DNA of 64,000 nucleotides from positions 3,658,001 to 3,722,000 of the forward strand of contig CAKKNE010000001.1 in assembly GCA_918797485.1 (NCBI GenBank). Direction: 5' to 3'. This DNA is from Pelagomonas calceolata. Lineage: Eukaryota. The notes beneath the pieces are model-generated. The model did no database searches. It saw nothing but the letters and a program-made list of their open reading frames with translations, and had not been told where the DNA came from. Numbering within the stretch: the first letter of the stretch is position 1; each line of letters opens with the position of its first letter. Of the stretch, positions 1 through 10,339 are shown piece after piece. The translations under genes were made by a program, and so were the position numbers.

Positions 1-75
1 ATCCACGGTTTCTCTCTTGGACATTCACGGGACGCTTCAGAGATTCATACAGGTAGTCTTTGAGCGCTCAACACC

Positions 76-97
76 CTAGCGGAAGGTAAGACACTAG
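76..97 (+). promoter_or_regulatory. CTAG-N12-15-CTAG upstream element
   Basis: CTAG CGGAAGGTAAGACA CTAG upstream of 305. Confidence 0.7.
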
Positions 98-304
98 CAA
101 ACTCGAGCAAAGCAAAATCGGCAGCTCTGCAGCTCTCCGCGAGCCCGCTAGGCATCCCTGGCAGTACCTAGAGGCCGGGCGGCACCCATCCAAAGAGTAA
201 AAAAGAATTGAGACAGCGACAGTCCTCGGGAAGGGCCGGCGGAACGCCAAAGCAAGCAAAGTGAGCAGCACCCCGAAACGAGGAGCGGGGCAAGCGGGGA
301 CGCG

Positions 305-3300
305 ATGGCCGAGTCCCCGACGGACAGCGCCACGCTGCCCGACGCCAACGACGACAAGCGCTCAACAAAAAGCGCCGGCAACGCCAAGGGCATCGTGCAC
401 TTGGAATACGTCGCGCCGGACGTGGACACCCTAGACATCACGCAATTGTCCTTCGAGTTCATAAGCGCGGAGCGCTGCGCGAAGGAGACGGGCGGCGTTG
501 ACGCGCCAGAAACAAACGCGCGGGCTGTTACAAGATTAGTAGGAGCGTACATCCCCGCGGTTGATGGGCCGACCTATATGAGGAGCGGCGATTATTCCGC
601 GATCGCTCTGACAGCCCCTTCAAAAATAAATGGAAATGGTGTTGTGGTAGGCGGCTGCGTGTTTAGACCACAAGCCCATGCTTTTAGGGGAGGCACGTGC
701 CGCTTCATCGAGCTCGCTCTATTTGCGGTGGAGAACCTGTGCCAAGGTCGATCCCTAGGAAGGCAATTGATGGCCTACCTCAAAAGGCATGCGGTGGACA
801 ACTACCAGGCCCAATCTATATTGACGTTCGCGGACTACAAGGCGTTCGCGTTTTTTAAGAGGGTAGGGTATGATCGAAGAATCAAGACGCCGGCGGCGGT
901 CTGGCGGGCGCACTGCGTCCACTACAACGGCGCGGCCGTCTGCGAGACGCGGCTCGAAGGTCTGGAGGAGGAGGAGCGGCGAAGGGGCATGCCCCCCGTC
1001 CCAAAAGCATGCCGGATCATCCCCTGCACGTCGGGCCAGCCGAACTGCTACTGTCGGAGCGGACGAACGCGGGCCATCGCGCGCTACGACGGCGCGACGG
1101 GCGAAGAGCTCGCCGTCTACTGTGGCGCGGCTGATGCCGCGCGCAAGTTAGGCCTGGCGGCGTGCTCCGTGACGCACGTCACCAATGGTTTAGCTGAATC
1201 GGCAGGTGGTCACCACTTCCGGTATATTAATGAAGTGGCATGGCTGAATTCCGGTTCAAGGGCAGTGTTAGAACTAGCAAGGGACGGCAGCGTGAAGCAC
1301 GAGCACCCGTCGTGCAACGCCGCGGCCAATCGATTATTTGGGAAGAACACGCGGAAGAACGGTTCCATAGGCGAGTGCTGCAACGGCTATATTGACCACG
1401 TCGACGGCCACGTCTTCCGCTGGGCGGAGCCGCGCATTAACGGCTGCGACTACTGCGGGTCCGACGCCGACGCTGCTACCTTGTTATTGTGTGATGGTAT
1501 TGACGGGCGCTGCGGCGCGACGGCCCACGTCGCCTGCCTCGGCCTGACGGCGACGCCCACCGGCGACCATTTTTGTGATCGGTGCCAGGAACGACTGGAC
1601 GCGGGCTGGTCGGCGACACAACCCGTTCCTAGAAAACTGCCGCGGGGCTACTTCAAGGATAGGAGAGGCGTCACGCCCCAGCCCGTATTAAGGGCGCGCG
1701 CCGAGGACGCGCAGCGCGCGCTCGACGCCGCGCGGCCCACGAAACCGCCGCCGCCGCCCAAACCAATTGTCATCGAGGGCCCGCGCCGGCGCAAGGCCAC
1801 GAAGCGGTTGGGGGAAGACCCCGACGAGGTCGAGGCGCCTGTAAAAAGACGCGCGCCGAGCGCGCCGCGGCGGCCGCGCAATTCGGCGCCGCGGCGGCCG
1901 CGGACGGCGATCAAGCTCAAGGCCGTCTGCGCCGACGCCTTCTTGGAAAGCGGAACCCTCTGCGACCTCTGCGCGCGGCCGGACGGCCGCATGGTCGCGT
2001 GCGCGTCGTGCCTCGGCCCGCGCGCGCACGTCGCGTGCCTGCCGGCGCCCGTCGACGGCCCCTGGACCTGCGGCGTCTGCACGGGCGACGCGCGGCTCGA
2101 GGCCGCCTGCGAGGCGCGGCCGCCGCCCGCGCCGTCGCCGAAGGCGTACGTGCCGCCGCGCGACGCCGCGAAGACGATCGCGTCGTGCGTGTGCCGCGCC
2201 TGCAAGCGCGAGTTCCAGTCGCCGCAGGCGCGCGCGGCGCACCTCGGCGGCGCGCCGGCCTGCCGCGCGCTGCTGGGCCTGCCGCCGCTGCCGCCGTCGC
2301 AGTACGCGACCGCCGGCCCGTACCGCGGAAAGGCCGCGCCGCCGCCGCCGGCTGCCCCGCGGCCCGCCCCAGCGCCGGCGTCGGACTCAGATGAATCTGA
2401 TGGGGACGAGCCGCGGGTCCGGCACCGCGGCACGCGCACGCGGCCCCCCAAGCCCAAGCGGCCCGTGGCCGTGGTGTCGTTCGAGGAGGAGCCGTCGCCG
2501 AAGCGGCGGGCCTCTTCGGACCCGCTGTCGCCGGCGCCGGCCATCGCGTTCGACTTCGCGGCGACCGGGGGCACGCTCGCGGCGCGGCCCTCGCCGCCCT
2601 CGCCCGCGCCGGCGCCGGCGCCGAGCATCGCCGAGATCCGGGCCGCGTACCAGCGGGAGCAGGCGGCGGCGGCGCGTCCCGTCGTGCCGCCGTCGCCGCC
2701 GTCGCCTGTGGCTTGGCCGGCACCGTCGCCGGCGCCGTCGCCGGCGCGCGCCGCTGCGTCGCCGGCGCCCGCGCCGTCGCCCTGGGCGAGCGGGCCCGAC
2801 GTCGTGGCGACGACGTACCCGACGCTGCCGGCGCACCCGTCGCCAGAGCGGCCGGGCGCCGACGCGCCTATCTCGCCGGCGACGAAGTCCCTCATGTCCT
2901 TAGCCGCCGGCGGCGCCCGGGCCGCCGCGCCGCCGCCGGCGGCCTCGCCCGCGACGAAAGCGCTCCTCGCGCACGCCGGGGCCGCTCCAGCGCCGGCCGC
3001 GCGAGCAAGGTTCCCGGCCGCGCCGGCGCCTGCGCCCGCGCCGCGCGCTCCTGCTGTTCTGGCGCCGCCGCCGCCGCGGTCTCCGCCGCCACGATCTGTG
3101 CCGGCCGCGCCGCCGCCGCGCGCTCCTGCTGCTCCGGCGCCAGCGCCGGCCGCTCGTGCTGTTCCAGCGCCGGCGCCGCGCGCTCCTGCTGTTCCGGCGC
3201 CGCCGCCGCGGCCGCCGCCGCCACGCGCGCCGCCGCCGCGATCCGCGCCGCCGCCGAGGGCCGACAGCCTCCAGAGCCTGCCGCCGCCGCCCGCCGCGTC

Positions 3301-4357
3301 GCCGGCGCGCGCGCAGAAAAAGCTCTCGCCTTGCCGGCCGGGCGTGGAGGGACCAAAGTCCATTTTCACCGCGCCCGCCGGACCGCGCCGCGCCGCCCCG
3401 GCGCCGGCGCCCGCTGCCGTCCCGGCCGAGTCGTCGTCGGAGTCGGACGCCGACGAGTCGCCCGCACAGCCGCGCGCGCCGCCGCCGAAGGCTCGCAAGC
3501 CCACGCCTGCGCCGAAGCACCGCGCGCACGACTTTGAGTTCGACGAGAGCAGCGGCGACGAGGCGTCGCCGCCGCCCTCGTCGCCGCCGCCGTCGCCGCC
3601 GGCCGCCGCAACACCTACGGCCGAGGACGTCGACGCGCTCGTCGCGCGCAACGCGCCGATTGCGCGCACGGAGAAGCCTCGCCAGCGCGTCAAGCGGCCC
3701 GCGAGCGTCGAGGCGGCGACGACGGCGCGCGAGTACTTGGAGGGCGGCGGCAAGAAGCCGGACCTCAAGTACGACCTCAAGGGCGGCTACTTCCGCGTGG
3801 TGGACGCCGCGCCGGCGTCGCCCGCCGCCGAGGAGGCGGCGGCGCGGCGGTCGCGCGCGCGGACGGCGACGGACCGCTTCGACGGCGCGCCGACGGAGAT
3901 CCCGAGCGCGTCGCCGCGGGCCGCGCGCAAGCCCGCCGCCGCGGCGTCGCCCGCCGCCGAGGAGGCGCCGGCGCCGAAAAAGAAGCGCGGGCGGCCCCCG
4001 AAATCGCCCGCTGCCGCCGACGAGGACGCCGCGCCCAAGAAGGGCGCGGCCCGCCGGTCGAGGCCGCCGGCGCGCAAGCCCGCCGCGGCGACGCCGCGGT
4101 CGCCGCCCAAGCCCAAGCAGGGCGCGCCGGCGTCGCCGCGGCCGTCGGACGTGCCCAACGGCTCGCTCAAGTACAACCAGGAGAACCCGAAGAAGAAGGG
4201 CTCCAAGAGCTGGTACCGCTACGAGTCCTACAAAACGGCGACGACCGTCGACGAGTACTTCCGCCGGCAGGGGACAATCGGCGACCTGAAGTACGACTTC
4301 TCGAGGGGCTTCTTCAAGGCCCCGCCCGCGCTCGCGCGCTGGTGCGCCAGCAAATAG
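305..4357 (+). CDS. Chromatin protein: GCN5-like GNAT acetyltransferase + two NUMOD1-like repeats + two PHD fingers + C2H2-like finger + Pro-rich region
   Basis: GCN5-like motifs IELALFAVE..QGRSLGRQLM and ILTFADYKAFAFFKRVGY; PHD patterns CDYC..LLLCDG..HVAC..HFCDRC and CDLC..CASC..HVAC..WTCGVC. Confidence 0.85.
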   Translation: MAESPTDSATLPDANDDKRSTKSAGNAKGIVHLEYVAPDVDTLDITQLSFEFISAERCAKETGGVDAPETNARAVTRLVGAYIPAVDGPTYMRSGDYSAIALTAPSKINGNGVVVGGCVFRPQAHAFRGGTCRFIELALFAVENLCQGRSLGRQLMAYLKRHAVDNYQAQSILTFADYKAFAFFKRVGYDRRIKTPAAVWRAHCVHYNGAAVCETRLEGLEEEERRRGMPPVPKACRIIPCTSGQPNCYCRSGRTRAIARYDGATGEELAVYCGAADAARKLGLAACSVTHVTNGLAESAGGHHFRYINEVAWLNSGSRAVLELARDGSVKHEHPSCNAAANRLFGKNTRKNGSIGECCNGYIDHVDGHVFRWAEPRINGCDYCGSDADAATLLLCDGIDGRCGATAHVACLGLTATPTGDHFCDRCQERLDAGWSATQPVPRKLPRGYFKDRRGVTPQPVLRARAEDAQRALDAARPTKPPPPPKPIVIEGPRRRKATKRLGEDPDEVEAPVKRRAPSAPRRPRNSAPRRPRTAIKLKAVCADAFLESGTLCDLCARPDGRMVACASCLGPRAHVACLPAPVDGPWTCGVCTGDARLEAACEARPPPAPSPKAYVPPRDAAKTIASCVCRACKREFQSPQARAAHLGGAPACRALLGLPPLPPSQYATAGPYRGKAAPPPPAAPRPAPAPASDSDESDGDEPRVRHRGTRTRPPKPKRPVAVVSFEEEPSPKRRASSDPLSPAPAIAFDFAATGGTLAARPSPPSPAPAPAPSIAEIRAAYQREQAAAARPVVPPSPPSPVAWPAPSPAPSPARAAASPAPAPSPWASGPDVVATTYPTLPAHPSPERPGADAPISPATKSLMSLAAGGARAAAPPPAASPATKALLAHAGAAPAPAARARFPAAPAPAPAPRAPAVLAPPPPRSPPPRSVPAAPPPRAPAAPAPAPAARAVPAPAPRAPAVPAPPPRPPPPRAPPPRSAPPPRADSLQSLPPPPAASPARAQKKLSPCRPGVEGPKSIFTAPAGPRRAAPAPAPAAVPAESSSESDADESPAQPRAPPPKARKPTPAPKHRAHDFEFDESSGDEASPPPSSPPPSPPAAATPTAEDVDALVARNAPIARTEKPRQRVKRPASVEAATTAREYLEGGGKKPDLKYDLKGGYFRVVDAAPASPAAEEAAARRSRARTATDRFDGAPTEIPSASPRAARKPAAAASPAAEEAPAPKKKRGRPPKSPAAADEDAAPKKGAARRSRPPARKPAAATPRSPPKPKQGAPASPRPSDVPNGSLKYNQENPKKKGSKSWYRYESYKTATTVDEYFRRQGTIGDLKYDFSRGFFKAPPALARWCASK

Positions 4358-4606
4358 TGGCGCTTTGCTGGCGTTTTTTCCTAAGCCTCTTTGCCAGTGA
4401 TCATGACTCTGCCAGTGAGATCAACTTAGGCTATAAACAGTCTTCAACAGACTTTTGGACTCGGAGAAACGGGGGGGGGGACGCTGCGAGTATGAAATGC
4501 GCGTCGTCGTTGAGGGACCGAGGCGGGGGGGGGGGGGGACTTGAAGGGCTCTTGAGTTCCCGTGCGCGTTCGGCACGCAGCGCGAGAACGCTCGGCCTCC
4601 TCGCTA

Positions 4607-5503
4607 TTAGAGCAGGGCGGCGACGAGGAGTCCGGCGGCGGCGCCGGCGCCGGCCTTGGGGGCGGCGCCGTCGGACTGCAGCCCGGAGACGGGCGCGGGC
4701 GTCGGCGCGGGCGTCGGCGCGCAGGTGCCTGCAGGGCTTAAGGCTTTCTGAACGACGCCGCACGACGTCGACGCGCACTTGGTGTCGTCGAAAGCGCAGC
4801 TTCCATGCTGGTTGCAAAGGTCCACGTCGTCGTCCAGGCACCAACCGAGGTCCTGGTCGAAGGCCGAGGCACTGCTGAACATGAAGGTCATATCCGTGAC
4901 GCTGTGAACCGCCCAACCACCGATGTCTCGGTTAAAAGACGAGGCCCACTGGAACATCGCGGTCATGTCCTTGACGCTGTGAACCGCCCAATTACCGATG
5001 TCCTGGTCGAAGGCCGAGGCAGAGTAGAACATCATGCTCATACTCGCGACGGTGTCCACCGCCCAATCGCCGATGTCCTGGTTAAAGGCCTCGGCGTTCC
5101 AGAACATCCCGTTCATGTCAGTGACGCCAGAGGTGTCCCACGCGCCGATGTATTGGTTAAAGGCGGAGGCGTAGGCGAACATTCGTTCCGCGTTCGTGAC
5201 TCCAGAGGTATCCCACGCGCCGATGTCCTCGTTAAAGGACGCCGCGTCCGTGTTGTAGTACGAGGGACACCAGTTACTATATGCGCAAAACAACTCCGAC
5301 ATATCCGTCACCCCCGACGTGTCCCATGTCGAGATGTGGCCGTACGTCGCCTCGGCGCCGCTGCGGTCGTCAAACCACGCGGTAACGGCGGTTCTAATCG
5401 TGCTGTCGTCCATCACGGAGCTAAGGCGGCGCACGGGGCTGGGCAGCGCGCGCGTGGCGGCAGCGAGGGAGAGCAGGAACCAAGCAGCCCCTCTCATATT
5501 CAT
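4607..5503 (-). CDS. DUF285/BspA-like repeat surface protein (signal peptide, hydrophobic C-terminus, possible GPI anchor)
   Basis: Tandem ~25-aa repeats [20 protein letters not shown]; hydrophobic N- and C-termini. Confidence 0.88.
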   Translation of the reverse strand: MNMRGAAWFLLSLAAATRALPSPVRRLSSVMDDSTIRTAVTAWFDDRSGAEATYGHISTWDTSGVTDMSELFCAYSNWCPSYYNTDAASFNEDIGAWDTSGVTNAERMFAYASAFNQYIGAWDTSGVTDMNGMFWNAEAFNQDIGDWAVDTVASMSMMFYSASAFDQDIGNWAVHSVKDMTAMFQWASSFNRDIGGWAVHSVTDMTFMFSSASAFDQDLGWCLDDDVDLCNQHGSCAFDDTKCASTSCGVVQKALSPAGTCAPTPAPTPAPVSGLQSDGAAPKAGAGAAAGLLVAALL

Positions 5504-5627
5504 CTCGTTGAGCTGCCGGGCTGCACGTGTAAGGCAGCGGAGCTCTTCTGTATGGAATAGGCAGTATTATTTAGCAAGGCCGTGCGCGCTTTGCTTGCTT
5601 TCTGCGGGGCTCGGCCGCGCTTTCTTG

Positions 5628-5650
5628 CTAGTATCTTACTGTGGCGCTAG
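5628..5650 (-). promoter_or_regulatory. CTAG element in divergent promoter
   Basis: CTAG CGCCACAGTAAGATA CTAG (minus). Confidence 0.7.
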
Positions 5651-5835
5651 AACCCAAAAATAAATCGCGCGCTCGGAGCCTCACCGCCGCGCAAGCGCGC
5701 CCCAGTCTGAGCTATAAAGCTGCTTATTCCCGATTCCGGACTGTTTCGTAACTGCGTCCAGAGTGAAGAGGTGCCGAGTCTGTGTATCTCTCGCAGTGGC
5801 ACACACTCAAGCGCTGCACAGCACTGACGGATACG

Positions 5836-6666
5836 ATGCGTGTACTACTGGTGCTCACAGCTGGCTCCGCAGCCCTGCCCGGCAACCCACGGGCGCTGCC
5901 AGCCCTCAAACTCCGCGGCGGTGGGGTACAACAAACGCTCGACGCGCTGCCGCACGACGCCAAGGCGCTGGCCAAGAGCTTCGTGGTTCTAGGCGGCTTC
6001 GACAAATTCGTCCAGTACCTCGCGGCCTCCGAGACGATCTCGCGACCGGCTGCCCGCAAGACGATGCACGTCGGCGCCGGCCCCTTGTTCCTGCTGTGCT
6101 GGCCACTTTTCAGCGATGCCGCGACGGCCAAGAACTGGGCGATGGTCGGACCGCTCGCGCTGACGCTCAAGGCCGCGGCGGCGGGGTCCGGATTGATTGA
6201 CGACCCGAAGACGGTCGCGTCGATGTCGCGGTCGGGCGACCGCCGCGAGCTACTGCGAGGGCCAGCGCTCTACGGCGCCGTCTTCGTCGCCGCCACAATG
6301 CTGTGCTGGCGCGAACTGAGCGGCGTCCTGGCCCTCGTCGCGCTCTGCGCGGGTGACGGCGCCGCGGAGATCTTCGGGGCCTCGCCATTCGGCCGCCGGT
6401 CGCCGCGGCTGCCCTGGTGCCGGCGGAAGAGCGTTGTCGGCACGGGCGCCTTCTTCGTGGCGACGACGCTCGGCGGCGCGGCCTTCGCTTTGTATTTCCG
6501 AGGTCTCGGCTGGTGGTCCGTACCAACACAACCGCTGCTCCGGGGCGTCGCGGCCACGGCCGCCGCCGCGGCGCTCGCGGAATCGTTCGACACCGGCGCG
6601 TGGGACAATCCCGTCGTCTTCGCGGCCGCGGTCGCGGCGGCGCGGCGTGCCTTCCCTACGGAGTAA
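5836..6666 (+). CDS. Phytol/farnesol kinase-like (VTE5/CTP-transferase family) membrane protein
   Basis: ARKTMHVGAGPLFLLCWPLF, SRSGDRRELLRGPALYG, GDGAAEIFG, KSVVG and DN motifs; start placed at ATG 5836. Confidence 0.85.
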   Translation: MRVLLVLTAGSAALPGNPRALPALKLRGGGVQQTLDALPHDAKALAKSFVVLGGFDKFVQYLAASETISRPAARKTMHVGAGPLFLLCWPLFSDAATAKNWAMVGPLALTLKAAAAGSGLIDDPKTVASMSRSGDRRELLRGPALYGAVFVAATMLCWRELSGVLALVALCAGDGAAEIFGASPFGRRSPRLPWCRRKSVVGTGAFFVATTLGGAAFALYFRGLGWWSVPTQPLLRGVAATAAAAALAESFDTGAWDNPVVFAAAVAAARRAFPTE

Positions 6667-6669
6667 TCT

Positions 6670-7767
6670 TCATTTATACGACCCTGGCCGGGGAAAATCG
6701 AGCACTCGGAGGTTCGTGCTCTCCGGCGCCGCGCCGAGCGCGCGGCGGATCATGACCACGTTCGCGGAGAAGCTCGAGGCCGGATTGCCGATGAAGTAGG
6801 CGCTCCGGACCGCGAGGATCAGGTCCGCGTAGGCCGTGGCGTGCGTCTCGACGGCGTGCCAGTTCTTCCGTAGTTTCCCGGCTTTCTGCGTGTTCTGGCC
6901 GTCGTGCACCAAGAGGATGGGCCAGTTTTTTGGAACGGCGTCCATCCGGAGCGCGGCCTTGACGTAGGCCCCGGACATGGAGCACAGGTCCTCCGCCGTC
7001 ACGTCGCGACCCATGTCGCGCGCCGTGACGCGCTGGACCGCGACGCCCTCCAACCGTAGCCGTGCGACGCAAGTGCCCTCGAGGGAGCGCAGATGGATCG
7101 CGACGTAGGGCCCCTTCGGCGTGGCGCGCGCCACGAGCGCCCGGAGGCCCGGCTGCGGGCGCATGACGATCTGCGCGAGGATCAGCCCCTTGAGCTCGGC
7201 GCTGTGGGACCGCAGTCCCGTGACGCCGAAGTTCGTCGTCGGTTCCGCGGCCCACCAGTAAATGTCCCGCAGGTCCGCCGCCTCGACCCGCAGGCCGGCC
7301 GGCGCCGCGTCGGCGACGCACGCCCACCCGCCCAGGGCTCCGGAGTAGTTGAACTCCGACCGTGGGACCCACTCCTTGACGTGGTCCGGCAGCACCACCA
7401 TTGTAGGCTCTGGCGCCGTCGCGGCGAACTCGAGGAGGTGCGCCAATGCGATGAGCGCGTTGTTCAGGCGGCCATAGGTAGAGTTGCCCGTCACGGCGCG
7501 CGTCGCCCGCGCGCAGTCCGGCGGCGCGGCCCGGCGCGGCTTGATCACGGGGTCGTAGGCGATTCGGAGGGGCTTTGTCGCTTGATACCTTTCGACGACG
7601 ACCCCGACGAAGGGGTCTGTCGCTTGGTACTTTTCGAAGAGTCGCGCATGTTCGACGACGTCGCCGCCCGGCTCGCCCGGGTCCGGCCCGACGCGCAGCG
7701 TCACGACGAGGAGCGTCGACGCGACGATGTAGCAGCCGAGTCCGGCGACCTGGCGGATCGTGGGCAT
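6670..7767 (-). CDS. O-fucosyltransferase-like glycosyltransferase (GT-B fold), type II membrane
   Basis: GRLNN, YVAIHLR and DLILAVRSAYFIGNPASSFS motifs; N-terminal TM. Confidence 0.7.
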   Translation of the reverse strand: MPTIRQVAGLGCYIVASTLLVVTLRVGPDPGEPGGDVVEHARLFEKYQATDPFVGVVVERYQATKPLRIAYDPVIKPRRAAPPDCARATRAVTGNSTYGRLNNALIALAHLLEFAATAPEPTMVVLPDHVKEWVPRSEFNYSGALGGWACVADAAPAGLRVEAADLRDIYWWAAEPTTNFGVTGLRSHSAELKGLILAQIVMRPQPGLRALVARATPKGPYVAIHLRSLEGTCVARLRLEGVAVQRVTARDMGRDVTAEDLCSMSGAYVKAALRMDAVPKNWPILLVHDGQNTQKAGKLRKNWHAVETHATAYADLILAVRSAYFIGNPASSFSANVVMIRRALGAAPESTNLRVLDFPRPGSYK

Positions 7768-7777
7768 GATGTTACGA

Positions 7778-7963
7778 TTACGGATCCGGGAGTAGTCCCG
7801 CGAACCATGCGAGAGTGAAGAGCGCCCCGACCAAAATCACTACGTGCGTTCCGGTGACTTCAAACTGCGGAGCCCCGGAGGCTTTGGGCCGCCGCTCGCG
7901 CTTACGACGTACATACACTGAATCACTTGCCCCACCACTTTTGGCCTTTATTTTTGCGGCCAT
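7778..7963 (-). CDS. Small basic tail-anchored membrane protein, hypothetical
   Basis: 61-aa ATG ORF with basic N-terminus and C-terminal TM; lies just downstream of a CTAG-element copy (8082). Confidence 0.5.
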   Translation of the reverse strand: MAAKIKAKSGGASDSVYVRRKRERRPKASGAPQFEVTGTHVVILVGALFTLAWFAGLLPDP

Positions 7964-8081
7964 ACAGCAGAGTTTTATTCAACGCTTGATATTTGAGGAC
8001 CAAATTGCTGTACTAAAGGTGCGTCGCACACCTCACTTGGTCCAGTCACCACGCTCAAAATAAGTTGCCTAATCCCGCGGG

Positions 8082-8103
8082 CTAGCGGCCTGTAAGACAC
8101 TAG
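8082..8103 (+). promoter_or_regulatory. CTAG element in divergent promoter
   Basis: CTAG CGGCCTGTAAGACA CTAG. Confidence 0.7.
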
Positions 8104-8242
8104 CAAATGCTCTCCAACGCGGCTTGCTCTCAATCGAGCGCGGCGCAAAGAAGGACCGTCCGAGGACCGGGCAGCCAAAACAGGGCAGCCAAAGAGAGAG
8201 TACTTAAGCGGTCACGAACGGCAGCCAAAAAGGGGCAGCCCC

Positions 8243-10132
8243 ATGCCGCGCCCCCGGCCCCCCGGCTATATACCGCCACCCGAGAAGCATGAGGAAGGCA
8301 CGCGCCGCGCCGACCGTATTGTGGGGAAGGAAGTCGTGAACCGCAAGCTCCAGATCTATTTGATGAGACGGGCGGAAGCCGACGCCGTGGCGGACCTCGT
8401 CGAGCCGGGGGCGCCGCCTCCCAATTTCAAGCTCGTCTTCGACAAGTCTGGAAGGTCGCAATACAAGGTGCGCTGCGCCTTCGACGCGGAGCGGACCGCT
8501 GTTACATATGGCTTTGAGGACACGAGCAGCCTCTTCACGCTCGAGGGGCGGCCGCGGACGGCGAAGCGGCCGAAGACGCGGACCTCGAGTAGGCGAAGCC
8601 GCCGGGTGTCCGAGCTGACGGACGACGAGAGCTGCATTCGGCCGGCGACGGCTATGGCAGCGACGCTGCGGGCGTCTCTATCATCAACGCTCGACACGCC
8701 GCCGCCATCGAGGCCGCGGTCGGCACAGTTGTCGCGCAGATCGAGCGCCGCGACGCCGCGCGCGCGGCCGTCGACGGCGACCCTGCGGGCGTCGCGCGGC
8801 TCGCGCGGCTCGGCGGCGGGCCGCGGCGCCGAGGCCGCGCGGCAGCGGCGCGAAACGTTACAACGGGAGCGCGAGGACATGTTGCGGGGCGCCGTCGAAA
8901 GGAAGGCCGCGGCGTGCGGCACCGAGGGCAACGTCGTCGAGTTCCGCAAGAAGCAGCACGCGCGGCGGGAGCGGTGGTTGGCGGCCTGCGCCCTCGCGGC
9001 GTCGGGTTTGGACCTGAAGCGCCGCGCTACAACAGTAGAAAAGCGCCGCGAGACGGATTCTGAATGGCGCGCCGAGAATCAAGCTGCCAAAATTCTAGGA
9101 AGGAACTGGCGCAGCCAGCGGATCAGAAGGCACGTCTACTGGTCCGCGCGTTTGGCGGTTGCCGTGAAGCAGAACCTGCGGTTGTTATTGGCGATCCGCA
9201 TCGACAGAAAAAGGCGGGCCGCGCGGCGGTTGCGGTGGTTCTTCGCCCAGACCCATCTATTGCGGTTGCTCAAGTACGGCTCCGGCAAACTGCACGGCGC
9301 CGCTAAAGTGCTACAGCGTGGTACGCGATCACGGCAGGCGGCGACGCGCGCGCGGCTTTCAGTGCTAAGGCTGCTCTGGTTAAGGGTCGAGGACGAATTG
9401 GACGCGGCGAAGACGGCGAAGCTCAAACGAGAAAGTTTAAGAGCATCGAGGGGCTCGTGGGACGGCCACCCCGAGTACATCATTGGTATGAAGGCATATA
9501 AACCAGCCCTCAAGTGTTTACGCAATGAAGAACCCTGGGAGAAAGTCCAAAAAAAACTGGATCGGAACCGCAAGAAGCTCGTGCGACTGAGGGTGGTAGA
9601 CCACGCGGATTTCGGGCGGACGCAGGACAAGCTGCTTGATAGTGTAGAGGGTGCGGAAAACGCGCCCTACGATCCAAGGAGGGAAGCTGGTATTTTGCGC
9701 TTGCTGAATGAATTAAGAGGCGAGCATTCGGTAAGGTACGCGAACTCGAAGGACCGCCAAGCCGCGCAGCAGACGCGGACTTTTAGTCGGGCGTCGGCCG
9801 CGCACATCCTTGCTTTGGACCGCGGCCCGCGAGCTAAGGTGCCTCAACCGGTACCCGTCGATCCTAGGTTGCTCATGTGGCCAGTCATGAACTTCTATAG
9901 GCCGCCGCCGCCGCACCGCCGCGTCGCGTCGCTGCTAAATCCGGAGCAGTGGGGCGGTCGTGATTGTTTGGCCGAGCGCGTGCGGGACCGCGTGCTCCTG
10001 AGTCGGACGGGCGTGACCATGTTCTCTGCCAAGGCCTTCACTCCGGACGGCAAGTCCGCGGCGGCCGCCAAGGCGTCGGCGTTTACGAAGCGCTTCCGCG
10101 AGTTCACCGCGAGGAAGGGCGCGCCGACGTAG
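8243..10132 (+). CDS. Hypothetical basic protein with IQ-like motifs
   Basis: 629-aa ORF; AAKILGRNWR and AAKVLQRGTR are IQ-like. Confidence 0.65.
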   Translation: MPRPRPPGYIPPPEKHEEGTRRADRIVGKEVVNRKLQIYLMRRAEADAVADLVEPGAPPPNFKLVFDKSGRSQYKVRCAFDAERTAVTYGFEDTSSLFTLEGRPRTAKRPKTRTSSRRSRRVSELTDDESCIRPATAMAATLRASLSSTLDTPPPSRPRSAQLSRRSSAATPRARPSTATLRASRGSRGSAAGRGAEAARQRRETLQREREDMLRGAVERKAAACGTEGNVVEFRKKQHARRERWLAACALAASGLDLKRRATTVEKRRETDSEWRAENQAAKILGRNWRSQRIRRHVYWSARLAVAVKQNLRLLLAIRIDRKRRAARRLRWFFAQTHLLRLLKYGSGKLHGAAKVLQRGTRSRQAATRARLSVLRLLWLRVEDELDAAKTAKLKRESLRASRGSWDGHPEYIIGMKAYKPALKCLRNEEPWEKVQKKLDRNRKKLVRLRVVDHADFGRTQDKLLDSVEGAENAPYDPRREAGILRLLNELRGEHSVRYANSKDRQAAQQTRTFSRASAAHILALDRGPRAKVPQPVPVDPRLLMWPVMNFYRPPPPHRRVASLLNPEQWGGRDCLAERVRDRVLLSRTGVTMFSAKAFTPDGKSAAAAKASAFTKRFREFTARKGAPT

Positions 10133-10339
10133 GTATCTAATTCTTGTATTGGGCGCCTTCGTGGCGTCGCGACCGTGACGCCGTCCCTGCTCGAGTCAAT
10201 CAACGACGGAGGGCCTGGGACAAGCCCCGGCTCACGAAGAGACGTGGCGCGTAAATGTGAACGTGACCTCGATGTTTAGGCCGAGGATTGGAGGGAACGA
10301 GAAGGGGGAGAGGGGGGATGTGTCCGCGCTGTGGGTGCC

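Noticed and set aside
1648..3780. 710-aa antisense ORF and many similar Ala/Arg/Gly-rich overlapping ORFs throughout the window
   Set aside because: Shadow ORFs caused by very high GC3 on the real coding strand; they carry no domain motifs.
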